From assembly GCA_035499515.1 (NCBI GenBank), contig DATJYR010000041.1, positions 14,492 through 78,491 of the forward strand: a stretch of 64,000 nucleotides of DNA, given 5' to 3'. The DNA comes from Steroidobacteraceae bacterium (lineage in GTDB: Bacteria > Pseudomonadota > Gammaproteobacteria > Steroidobacterales > Steroidobacteraceae). Positions 7,542 through 15,680 of the stretch are shown piece by piece. Numbering within the stretch: position 1 is the first letter of the stretch; each line of letters begins with the position of its first letter. The translations under genes were made by a program, and so were the position numbers. Under the pieces are notes generated by a model. That model ran no database searches, was not told the DNA's origin, and saw only the letters and a list, made by a program, of their open reading frames with translations.

Positions 7542-9815
7542 CTACGCTTTCGGCGGCGCGATCTTCGGCTTGGCCAGCGTGCGGCTGATCACGCCTGCCG
7601 CGAGCAGCTCCGGCATGGCGGCAGCCAGTCCCGCCTTGCCCAGCACTTCGTCCAGATCGCTCCCCACCGCCTCCGGCACGGCGCCGTGGATCTTCGGCGT
7701 GGCCGACAGATGCACGGTGATGCCCGGATGCTCGAGCGTGCCCGACAGCCGCTGGCGCGCCGCGTGGGTCACGCCACGCGCCAGCGCGTATTCGTGTTGC
7801 ATGGCTTCGCGCTGCGTCGCGAGCGCCATGGCCGCGATGCCGCGCGCCGCGCAGGCCGCAAGCCAGTGCGCGCGCGGCTCGCGCGCGATGGCGGACGCGA
7901 TGAATTCGCCGAGCGAGGCATCGCTGGCATGGCGCGTGTCCTGGATGTGGAACAGATCCAGCAGCGCCAGCGTGTCGTTGGCCCGCGTGCCCAGGTACAA
8001 CCAGCCATCGGCGGCCCGGTAGAGCCGCTGGTTGAATGACTGCGGCAATGTGCCCCATAGATGCCAGGTGGCCGTCTGCGCCAGTGAGCACTCGGCGCGC
8101 TGCCCCATGCCCGACCTGGCGCGTGCGAACAGCGCCAGACCCACTGCGAAAGCGCCGAGGATGCCGGTTCCGTAGTCGTTGACGAGGTACGGCAGCATGA
8201 CAGGCGACTCCGTCCCACCGTAGTGCGCCATCAGCCCCGCGCAGCTCTGCGCCTGCGGTTCGTAGCCGCGGCGCTCGCTCCACGGGCCCGTCGCGCCATA
8301 GCAGCTCACCGATGCGTGGATGATCTGCGGATTGTGCTGGCGCAGCGCCGCCTCGTCGTAGCCGTAGCGCGCCACCGTGGGCTTGGGAAAATTGCTCAGG
8401 AACACATCGCAGCCCGCCGCCAGCCGCAGCACCACATCGCGGCCGGCGGGCACGGTCACGTCCACCAGCGCGGACTTCTTGCCGCGATTGAGGTAGTCGT
8501 GCAGCGCCACCGATTGCGAATTCGGATCGTTGAGCTTGATCACTTCGGCGCCGAAGTCCGCGAGCCAGCGACCCACCGAGGGACCCGCCAGGATGTTGGC
8601 GAGGTCGAGCACGCGGATGCCGGCGAGGGCCCCGGCGCATGCAGGGGTGATGGAATCGGCCGGCCTCGCGGCGGGCGACGGCGTTTGACTGACTGCGCCG
8701 GGGGACGGCGCAACCGGCCGGAGGTGCGAGAGGATGGCGGCGCGGTCCTGGTCGATGCGATGGCGCGGGTGGCGGATGGCTTCGCCATCGCGCGAGAGAT
8801 GCGTGAGACGCCCGGGCTGCGCCAGCGTTCCCAGCTCGGGATCCTCCACGGTCGCAACGGCGCCCGAGGCGCGCGCCTGCGCGCTGCGCTGCCACTCCTG
8901 CGCGGTGCCGATGCGCGCCAGCGGCAGTTGATGCTGCGCGCCGAACTCCTCCCACTCCGCCGCCGTGCGGGTGAGGAAGCAGTCGGCGAGTCTGCGGCGC
9001 AGCACCGCGTTGCGCGCCGCGTCCTTGCCATTGATGCTCTCGGTATCGAGCAGGCCCGCGGCGCGCCAGTCGGCCGTCACGCCCAGCGCGTCGAGCAGCC
9101 AGAACAGGAAGCGCGGGTTGTTGGCGTTGAAGAAGATGTGGCCGGCGGCGCAGGCGTAGATTCCGCCGCCGTAGATGATGGTGTAGTTGGGAAAGGTGTC
9201 GGGCACGGCCGGACCCAGCAGCTCGATGGCGGCATCGAACAGCGGCGCTTCGATCTGCTGGCCCTGGCCGGATTTGCGGCGCGCGATGAGGGCCATGACG
9301 ATGGCCGTGGCCGCCTGGAAGGCCGCGAAGTTGGACGCCAGCGGCAGATCGCAGTACGGCGACGCACCCCGCGCGAGCTGCCCGGCCGGACTCCGCTCGT
9401 TGTAGAGCCCGGCCGCGGCCGACACGATGCCCTCCCAGGCCTGCACGGCCGCGCGCGGATCGCGCGCGGCGAAACCCGGCAGCGAACAGTAGATGAGCTG
9501 CGGCGCGGGTTCGCGCAGCGCCGCGGCGTCCAGGCCCAGCCGCCGCATCACGCCCGGCCGGAAATTCTCGATCAGCACATCGCAGGACGCGGCGAGCGAG
9601 CGCGCCGTGCTCCGGTCGGCGGGGGATTTGAGGTCGAGCGTGATCCGCTGCTTGCTGCGATTCAGGAACGCATCGTCGTGGGCGGGCATCGACAACGGGC
9701 CCGGCCGATCGACGTGGATCACCTCCGCGCCGTTCTCCGCCAGCAGCAGCGCGGTGAGCGGGCCGGCGGCGTAGTGGCCGAAATCGAGCACGCGGATGCC
9801 ATCCAAGGCTGACAA
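7542..9815 (-). CDS. tandem-duplicated family III CoA-transferase (two CaiB/BaiF-type modules in one 757-aa protein)
   Basis: Module 1 begins LDGIRVLDFGHYAAGPLTALLLAENGAEVIHVDRP. Module 2 begins LAGIRVLDLANILAGPSVGRWLADFGAEVIKLNDP. The start codon on the sequence is TTG (rc of caa at 9813-9815); no in-frame ATG is nearby. Confidence 0.8.
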   Translation of the reverse strand: MSALDGIRVLDFGHYAAGPLTALLLAENGAEVIHVDRPGPLSMPAHDDAFLNRSKQRITLDLKSPADRSTARSLAASCDVLIENFRPGVMRRLGLDAAALREPAPQLIYCSLPGFAARDPRAAVQAWEGIVSAAAGLYNERSPAGQLARGASPYCDLPLASNFAAFQAATAIVMALIARRKSGQGQQIEAPLFDAAIELLGPAVPDTFPNYTIIYGGGIYACAAGHIFFNANNPRFLFWLLDALGVTADWRAAGLLDTESINGKDAARNAVLRRRLADCFLTRTAAEWEEFGAQHQLPLARIGTAQEWQRSAQARASGAVATVEDPELGTLAQPGRLTHLSRDGEAIRHPRHRIDQDRAAILSHLRPVAPSPGAVSQTPSPAARPADSITPACAGALAGIRVLDLANILAGPSVGRWLADFGAEVIKLNDPNSQSVALHDYLNRGKKSALVDVTVPAGRDVVLRLAAGCDVFLSNFPKPTVARYGYDEAALRQHNPQIIHASVSCYGATGPWSERRGYEPQAQSCAGLMAHYGGTESPVMLPYLVNDYGTGILGAFAVGLALFARARSGMGQRAECSLAQTATWHLWGTLPQSFNQRLYRAADGWLYLGTRANDTLALLDLFHIQDTRHASDASLGEFIASAIAREPRAHWLAACAARGIAAMALATQREAMQHEYALARGVTHAARQRLSGTLEHPGITVHLSATPKIHGAVPEAVGSDLDEVLGKAGLAAAMPELLAAGVISRTLAKPKIAPPKA

Positions 9816-9920
9816 GATCGAATCCCCATTGGATATTCTCGATCTGCAGAATAAGGGTGGCCGAAGCGCGTGTCACGCACGCAGTTGCAATCCGTCAATT
9901 ACTTCATTATTGTAGAAAAT

Positions 9921-10256
9921 ATGAGGAAGCGCGATTATCTCGGCCAACTGGAGCTCATGGTGCTGCTGGCGGTGATGCGCGTCGGGCGCGAAGCGTACGG
10001 CGTGCCCATCTCGCGTGAGATCTCCGACAAGAGCGGCCGCGACGTGGCGCTCGCCAGCGTCTACGCGGCGCTGGAGCGGCTCGAGGACAAGGGCCTGGTG
10101 CAATCGACGCTCGGCGAGCCGACGGCGGAGCGCGGCGGCAGGGCGCGCACCTACTTCAAGCCGACGGCGGCGGGCCTCAGGGTGGCGCGCGACGCGCACG
10201 GCACGCTGCTGCGGCTGTGCGACGGCCTGCCCGGGCTGCAGGAGCACACGGCGTGA
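9921..10256 (+). CDS. PadR family transcriptional regulator
   Basis: Internal ATG of track ORF 9870..10256. The sequence MRKRDYLGQLELMVLLAVMRVGREAYGVPISREI...VYAALERLEDKGLV is a PadR winged helix. Confidence 0.85.
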   Translation: MRKRDYLGQLELMVLLAVMRVGREAYGVPISREISDKSGRDVALASVYAALERLEDKGLVQSTLGEPTAERGGRARTYFKPTAAGLRVARDAHGTLLRLCDGLPGLQEHTA

Positions 10257-10636
10257 GCGGCGCAGGGACTTTGCGCCTGGCCGCGCGGCTGCTGCGCCAT
10301 CTGGGGAACGGTTACCGCAGCGAATCGCTGGCGGGCGATCTGCTGGAACAATACGCGCAAGGCCGGGGCGCATGCTGGTTCTGGCGGGAAACGCTGGCCG
10401 CGATCGCCCTCGCCCGCTCCCGCGCGCTGGCGCGACTGCTGGCGCGCGCCGGCCAGTGGTGCGTCGCGCGCAAGCGGCGCTGGGCGCGTGCCGTGCTGGC
10501 GCTGGCCGGCGTGGCGGCACTCGGCGCAGGCACCCTGAGCTGGGCGGGCGCGCTGAAAGTCGCCACCGATGCGCCGCACGACCGGCCGGCGCACGCCGCG
10601 CAGCCGGCGCGCGTCCTCCCGGCGCACCGGCCATGA
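10253..10636 (+). CDS. PadR-associated small membrane protein (unknown function)
   Basis: A GTG at 10253 overlaps the PadR stop (GTGA). It contains ESLAGDLLEQYAQGRGACWFWRETL followed by a hydrophobic segment AVLALAGVAALGAG. Its stop overlaps the lepB ATG (ATGA). Confidence 0.55.
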   Translation: MSGAGTLRLAARLLRHLGNGYRSESLAGDLLEQYAQGRGACWFWRETLAAIALARSRALARLLARAGQWCVARKRRWARAVLALAGVAALGAGTLSWAGALKVATDAPHDRPAHAAQPARVLPAHRP

Positions 10637-11385
10637 TCGAAATCGCACTGGTCATCGCCCTGCTGGCCACCGGCATCGTGTGGCTGCTCGACGCTCTCCT
10701 CTGGCGCCGCCAGCGCAGCGGCGCGGAGCCGCTGCTGGTGTCGTGGTCGCGCTCGTTCTTTCCGGTACTGCTGATCGTGGTGCTGATCCGCTCGTTCGTG
10801 TTCGAGCCGTTCCGCATTCCCTCGGCGTCGATGATGCCGGGGTTGGTGGATGGCGATTTCGTGTTCGTCGCCAAGTATTCGTACGGCCTGCGGTTGCCGG
10901 TGCTCAACACGCGCATCCTGCGCACCGGCGAGCCGCGGCGCGGCGACGTGATCGTGTTTCGCCTGCCGCGCGACCCTTCGGTGTACTTCATCAAGCGTCT
11001 GGTCGGGTTGCCGGGCGATCATATCGTGGTGAGCGACAACCGCGTGTCCATCAACGGCATCGAACAGCCGCAGCGGCCGGACGGCACTTACGCCGGTGGC
11101 TACGGCTTCTCCGGCGCCCGGCTCGCGTTGGAGCGCTTCGGCGCCGCCGAGCACGTCCTGATGTTCGCGCCGGATCGCCTGGCGACCGACTTCGAAGCCG
11201 TGGTGCCCGAAGGCGAGTACTACTTCATGGGCGACAACCGCAACGACAGCGAAGACAGCCGCTTCCCCGACGTGGGATTCGTGCCGGAACGGAACCTGGT
11301 GGGGCGCGCGACGCGCATCTGGTTCAACTGGCAACTGCCGGATCACTGGCCGCTGTTGGGCCGCATCGGCCAGCGGATCAGCTAG
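10633..11385 (+). CDS. lepB: signal peptidase I
   Basis: Internal ATG of track ORF 10015..11385. Motifs: catalytic Ser box PSASMMPGL, Lys box YFIKRLVGLPGD, and GDNRNDSEDSR. Confidence 0.9.
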   Translation: MIEIALVIALLATGIVWLLDALLWRRQRSGAEPLLVSWSRSFFPVLLIVVLIRSFVFEPFRIPSASMMPGLVDGDFVFVAKYSYGLRLPVLNTRILRTGEPRRGDVIVFRLPRDPSVYFIKRLVGLPGDHIVVSDNRVSINGIEQPQRPDGTYAGGYGFSGARLALERFGAAEHVLMFAPDRLATDFEAVVPEGEYYFMGDNRNDSEDSRFPDVGFVPERNLVGRATRIWFNWQLPDHWPLLGRIGQRIS

Positions 11386-11406
11386 CCGCGGCGGGCTGCG
11401 GCGAGC

Positions 11407-12642
11407 TCAGCCGAGCCGCTTGAAGATCAGCGACGTGTTCACGCCGCCGAACGCGAAATTGTTGTTCATGACGTAGTCGCACTGCAGCTCGCGGCCGCCG
11501 TTCACCACATAGTCGAGTTCGCCGCAGCGTGGGTCGAGGTTCTGCAGGTTCAGCGTGGGCGCGAACCAGCCCCGGTTCATCATCTGGATCGCGGCCCAGC
11601 TTTCGATCGCGCCGCACGCGCCGAGCGTATGACCCAGATGGCCCTTCAGCGTGCTCACCGGCATGCGCCCGCCGAACAGCCGGAACGTGGCCTGCGATTC
11701 GGCGATGTCGCCCTGCTCGGTGGCGGTGGCGTGCGCGTTCACGTAGCCGATGGCCCCGGCTGCGAGCCGCGCGTCGTCGAGCGCCATACGCATCGCCACC
11801 TCCATGGTGGCCGTGTTGGGATGCGTCAGGTGATCGCCGTCGGAGTTGCTGGCATAGCCAACCAGCTCCGCCAGCAGCTGCGCGCCGCGCGCCTTGGCAT
11901 GTTCGTACTCTTCGAGGATCAGCGTGCCCGCGCCCTCGCCGATCACGAGGCCATCGCGATCGCGGTCGAACGGCCGCGGCGTCGTGGTCGGCGCCTCGTT
12001 GCGCAGGCTGGCCGCGTACAGCGTGTCGAACACCGCGGCCTCGCTGGGGCAGAGCTCCTCCGCCCCGCCGGCGATCATCATCGGGATCTGGCCGTACTTG
12101 ATGGCCTCGTAGGCGTAGCCGATGCTCTGGCTGCCCGAGGTGCAGGCGCTGCAGGCCGGGATCACGCGGCCCTTGAGGCCGAAGAACACGCCGATGTTGG
12201 CGCAGGTGGTGTGCGGCATGAGGCGCAGGTAGGTGGTGGCGTTGATGCTGCCCACTTCGCCGGTCATGACCATCGAGCTGAATTCCTGCGTGGCGTCGGT
12301 GCTGCCCATGCAGGAGCCGTAGGCCACGCCCATCGCCCCCGTCTTGATCTCGGGATCCTCCAGCAACCCGGCGTCGGCCAGCGCCATCTCGGCGCAGCGC
12401 GTCGCGAGCATGGCGACGCGGCCCATGCTGCGGGTGGCCTTGCGGTTGTACTGCGCAGGCAGCTTGAAGTCCGGGACGGGCGCGGCCAGCCGCGTGTTGA
12501 GGCCTTCGAAACGCTCCCATTCCGGCATGCTGGCCACGCCGCTGACGTCGTGGCGCAGGTTGGCCTCGAAGCGCTCCCAGGAATCGCCGAGCGCGGTGAT
12601 CGACGCCATGCCCGTGACCACCACGCGTCGTGGGCCGCTCAT
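11407..12642 (-). CDS. beta-ketoacyl-ACP synthase (FabB/FabF type), APE cluster (apeR position)
   Basis: Internal ATG (MSGPRRVVVTGMASITALG). Motifs: active-site ACSACTSGS, NAHATATEQGD and GHLGHTLGACG. An ATGA overlap links it to the upstream reductase. Confidence 0.9.
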   Translation of the reverse strand: MSGPRRVVVTGMASITALGDSWERFEANLRHDVSGVASMPEWERFEGLNTRLAAPVPDFKLPAQYNRKATRSMGRVAMLATRCAEMALADAGLLEDPEIKTGAMGVAYGSCMGSTDATQEFSSMVMTGEVGSINATTYLRLMPHTTCANIGVFFGLKGRVIPACSACTSGSQSIGYAYEAIKYGQIPMMIAGGAEELCPSEAAVFDTLYAASLRNEAPTTTPRPFDRDRDGLVIGEGAGTLILEEYEHAKARGAQLLAELVGYASNSDGDHLTHPNTATMEVAMRMALDDARLAAGAIGYVNAHATATEQGDIAESQATFRLFGGRMPVSTLKGHLGHTLGACGAIESWAAIQMMNRGWFAPTLNLQNLDPRCGELDYVVNGGRELQCDYVMNNNFAFGGVNTSLIFKRLG

Positions 12643-13367
12643 CCCGCCATCCCGCCGTTGACGCCGATCACCTGGCGCGTGACATAAGCCGCGCCTTCCG
12701 ACATCAGGAAGCTCACCACGGCTGCGACCTCCTGCGGTTCGCCGGCGCGCCGCGCCGGAATCGCGTTCAGCATTTCTTCCATGGGCAGCTCGGCGGTCAT
12801 GTCGGTGCGGATCATTCCTGGCGCCACGCAATTGACGGTGATTTTACGGCTGGCCAGTTCGACCGCCAACGCCTTGGTGGCGCCGATGATACCCGCCTTG
12901 GCCGCGCTGTAGTTCACCTGGCCGCGATTGCCCGTCACGCCGGAAATCGACGACAGCGTGACGATGCGGCCCGGCTGGCGCGCACGCACCATGGGCATGA
13001 TGAGCGGGTTCAGCACGTTGTAGAAGCTGTCGAGGTTGGTGGTCAGCACCTGGTCCCAGTCCTGCTCGCCCAGCGCGGCGAAGGAACCGTCGCGCGTGAT
13101 GCCGGCGTTGCAGACCACGCCGTAGTACACGCCGTGCGCCGCGATGTCGGCCAGCAGCGCCGCGGCGGTGGCGGCGCGATCCGCCACATCGAACTGCAGC
13201 ACGCGCGCCTGCACGCCGAGCGCCGCGATTTCGGCGGCCACGGCATTGGCAGCGTCGCGTTGGCTGTGGCAGTGCACCGCGATGTCATGGCCCTCCTTCG
13301 CCAGCGCGAGCGCGATGGCGCGCCCGATGCCGCGGCTCGAACCCGTGACCAGCACCGGCTTAGCCAC
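12639..13367 (-). CDS. 3-oxoacyl-ACP reductase (SDR, FabG type), APE cluster (apeQ position)
   Basis: Motifs VTGSSRGIGRAIA, NAG and YSAAKAG. GTG start, overlapping the upstream dehydratase stop by 8 nt. Confidence 0.9.
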   Translation of the reverse strand: MAKPVLVTGSSRGIGRAIALALAKEGHDIAVHCHSQRDAANAVAAEIAALGVQARVLQFDVADRAATAAALLADIAAHGVYYGVVCNAGITRDGSFAALGEQDWDQVLTTNLDSFYNVLNPLIMPMVRARQPGRIVTLSSISGVTGNRGQVNYSAAKAGIIGATKALAVELASRKITVNCVAPGMIRTDMTAELPMEEMLNAIPARRAGEPQEVAAVVSFLMSEGAAYVTRQVIGVNGGMAG

Positions 13368-13833
13368 GCAGCTGCTCCGCGATCAGCTCGGGCAGGTTGG
13401 TGGGGCGGATGGCCTTGATGTCGCCGCACGCGAGCTCGGCATCGTCGGCGGCATCGCGGATGCTGCAGCGGAACACCACCAGGTTGTCATCGCCGCGCAC
13501 CAGCAGGTCGGCGTTGATGATGAGCCGCGTCCCGATCGGGAATACCGGCACGCGCGCCGTGTAGCTGCGCGAACCGAGCAGCAGTGAAACGCTGGCCGGC
13601 CGGCCCGCGCGCGCTTCCTCGACGCCGCAGTAGGCACAGGCGGTCTGCGCCATGTACTCCATGCCCACCCAGGCGGGCACGCCCGCGACGCCATCGCACA
13701 GCACGCTGTCGGCGCGGATGGTGAGCGCGGTGCGGATGAAATCGTCGGTCCGCGCCAGCACCTCTTCGAGCAGCAGCATGCGGCCCTCATGGGGCAGGAG
13801 CTGCGCGACGGTGAAAGACTCGACGGTGTTCAT
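13360..13833 (-). CDS. hotdog-fold 3-hydroxyacyl-ACP dehydratase-like protein (apeP position)
   Basis: Internal ATG (MNTVESFTVAQLLPHEGRMLLLEEV) with an ATGA overlap to the upstream gene. The LLPH..PM.LLD-type N-terminus is typical of APE-cluster dehydratases. Confidence 0.75.
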   Translation of the reverse strand: MNTVESFTVAQLLPHEGRMLLLEEVLARTDDFIRTALTIRADSVLCDGVAGVPAWVGMEYMAQTACAYCGVEEARAGRPASVSLLLGSRSYTARVPVFPIGTRLIINADLLVRGDDNLVVFRCSIRDAADDAELACGDIKAIRPTNLPELIAEQLRG

Positions 13834-14450
13834 TCGGTCTCGATGAAAAGACTGTACGGGGTATCGAAATGACGCAGCCATACGCGACCGCTCCAGGCGT
13901 CGGCCGCGTAATGCACTTCCGCGACCAGGCGACCGCCGCGCTTCAGGCGCCGCGTGCCCGGATACGGCTCGCTCACCTCACCGCCCGCAGTCTGCCACGC
14001 TTTTTGCAATGCGGGCAAAGGCCAGTACACCAGTTGCAGATCGTTGAGCAGCTGCACGCCGCCGATGGCCTGCGGCAACTGGGGCGCCCGTTCCTCGTCC
14101 AGCTGCGCACCGTCGTATTTCAGCGTGAAAGCACGTTGTCCGAGCGCGGTGAGGCCGATGACGCTGAGCTGCCGGTCGTCGATGCTGACCACGCAGCGCA
14201 GACTGAAGCTGGTGTCGCCGTAATCGCCGCGCAGCAGCTGCGTGAACTGCCGCGTCTGCCCGAGGCTGGCGGGCGCCAGCAGCGGCAGGGTGGCGGGCGC
14301 GGCACCCGCATCGTTCGTGGCGTTGGCGGTGGCGGCGGGCACGTGGCCGGCGCGCGGCGGCGTCGTGACGCAGCCGGCCAGCGCACAGGCCACGGCGCCC
14401 AGCAGCCAACCGGCCAGCGCCCGCGCACCGGCCACGGCTCGCGGCCCCAC
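13830..14450 (-). CDS. DUF3261-like lipoprotein (apeN position)
   Basis: Lipobox LAGC in MGPRAVAGARALAGWLLGAVACALAGC. The GTG start directly abuts the halogenase stop. This is the conserved position in APE clusters. Confidence 0.7.
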   Translation of the reverse strand: MGPRAVAGARALAGWLLGAVACALAGCVTTPPRAGHVPAATANATNDAGAAPATLPLLAPASLGQTRQFTQLLRGDYGDTSFSLRCVVSIDDRQLSVIGLTALGQRAFTLKYDGAQLDEERAPQLPQAIGGVQLLNDLQLVYWPLPALQKAWQTAGGEVSEPYPGTRRLKRGGRLVAEVHYAADAWSGRVWLRHFDTPYSLFIETE

Positions 14451-15680
14451 TCAGGCCACCTGTTTCCGGCACATCTGCGCCAGCGCATGCAGCCGCCGCG
14501 CCGACTGCGGGCCGTTGTACGGATTGGCGGGATCCCAGACGTAGCCGGCCAGCACCGAGCAGATCATGCGATGGATCTTCGGATCCTTGTTGGGCGCGAA
14601 GATCACGTCCTGCAGCGAGAGATCGTACCAGCCGTTGACGAAGGCGCGGAACGTCTCGACGCCGAACATCAGGCCCTCCGCGAAATCGTGCTGCCAGTCG
14701 ACGGTCTCGCCGCGGAACTGGCGGTCGAGCAGGTTCGCGGCCATGCTGGCGGACTTGATGGCGATGGTCACGCCCGAGGAGAACACCGGGTCGAGGAACT
14801 CGGCGGCGTTGCCGAGCAAGGCGAAGCCGGGGCCGTGCAGCGCCTTGACGTTGGCCGAGTAGCCGACGATTTCGCCCACCGGCCGCACCGCGTGCGCATT
14901 GACCAGCAGCTCCTGCAGCGCCGGCTCGGCGGCGACCATTTTCCACAGCCGCTCTTCCGGGCTGCCCGGGTAGCGCGCGTGCTGCTCCTGGGAGGCGACG
15001 ATGCCCAGCGAACTGTTGCCGTTGGAAAACGGGATCAGCCACGACCAGATGTCGCGGTCGACGGGATTGATGCCGATGCGGATCTTCTGGCGATCGAAGG
15101 CGCCGGCGACCACATTGTCCTTCACGTGGCAGAACAGCGCGGCGCGCGGCGGCAGTGCCGAGGGCTTCTCCAGCTCGAGCAACCGTGGCAGCACGCGGCC
15201 GAAGCCGCTGGCGTCGAGCACGAAACGCGGCGTATGCCTCTCGAGCCTGCCGTCCGCATCGCGGCTGGTGACCACCGGGCGCTCGCCGCCGACATCGCAG
15301 GCGATGATCTCGACCTGGTGGCGCACCTGCGCGCCGTAGCGCGCCGCCTCGTTGATCAGCGTCTGGTCGAATTCGGCGCGCGGCACCTGGAAGGTGTAGG
15401 GCAGGCCTTCGGTCACCTTGTCGACGAAGTTGAAGTCGGATTTTTCCGCGCCGTAGACGAACGCGGCGCCGTTCTTGTACTGGAAGCCGCGGCGCTGCAC
15501 GGCCTCGGCCATGCCCGCCTCCAGCAGCATCTGCATGCTGTTGGCCAGCAGGCTCTCGCCGATGGAGAAGCGCGGGAACAGCTGGCGCTCCAGCACCAGC
15601 ACCTCGTAGCCCTTCTGCGCCAGCAGCGCCGCCGCCACGGCACCCGCAGGGCCCGCGCCAATCACCAGCACATCATTCAT
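14451..15680 (-). CDS. flavin-dependent halogenase-like FAD oxidoreductase
   Basis: Motifs: GxGxxG (VIGAGPAGAV), WxWxIP (DIWSWLIPF) and FLDPVFSSGV. Confidence 0.8.
   Translation of the reverse strand: MNDVLVIGAGPAGAVAAALLAQKGYEVLVLERQLFPRFSIGESLLANSMQMLLEAGMAEAVQRRGFQYKNGAAFVYGAEKSDFNFVDKVTEGLPYTFQVPRAEFDQTLINEAARYGAQVRHQVEIIACDVGGERPVVTSRDADGRLERHTPRFVLDASGFGRVLPRLLELEKPSALPPRAALFCHVKDNVVAGAFDRQKIRIGINPVDRDIWSWLIPFSNGNSSLGIVASQEQHARYPGSPEERLWKMVAAEPALQELLVNAHAVRPVGEIVGYSANVKALHGPGFALLGNAAEFLDPVFSSGVTIAIKSASMAANLLDRQFRGETVDWQHDFAEGLMFGVETFRAFVNGWYDLSLQDVIFAPNKDPKIHRMICSVLAGYVWDPANPYNGPQSARRLHALAQMCRKQVA

Noticed and set aside
6529-9876. 1115-aa minus-strand ORF, the longest in this region of the track
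   Set aside because: Its composition is dominated by Arg/Ala/Gly/Pro with no motifs. It is out of frame over the well-supported CoA-transferase gene on the same strand and antisense to the DUF4142 gene. This is the typical high-GC artefact.
9846-9920. PadR operator in the padR upstream spacer (CAAT-N9-ATTG and similar short symmetric elements)
   Set aside because: Only 4-bp arms are present. This is indistinguishable from chance in the one AT-rich stretch, so it is not reported as a feature.
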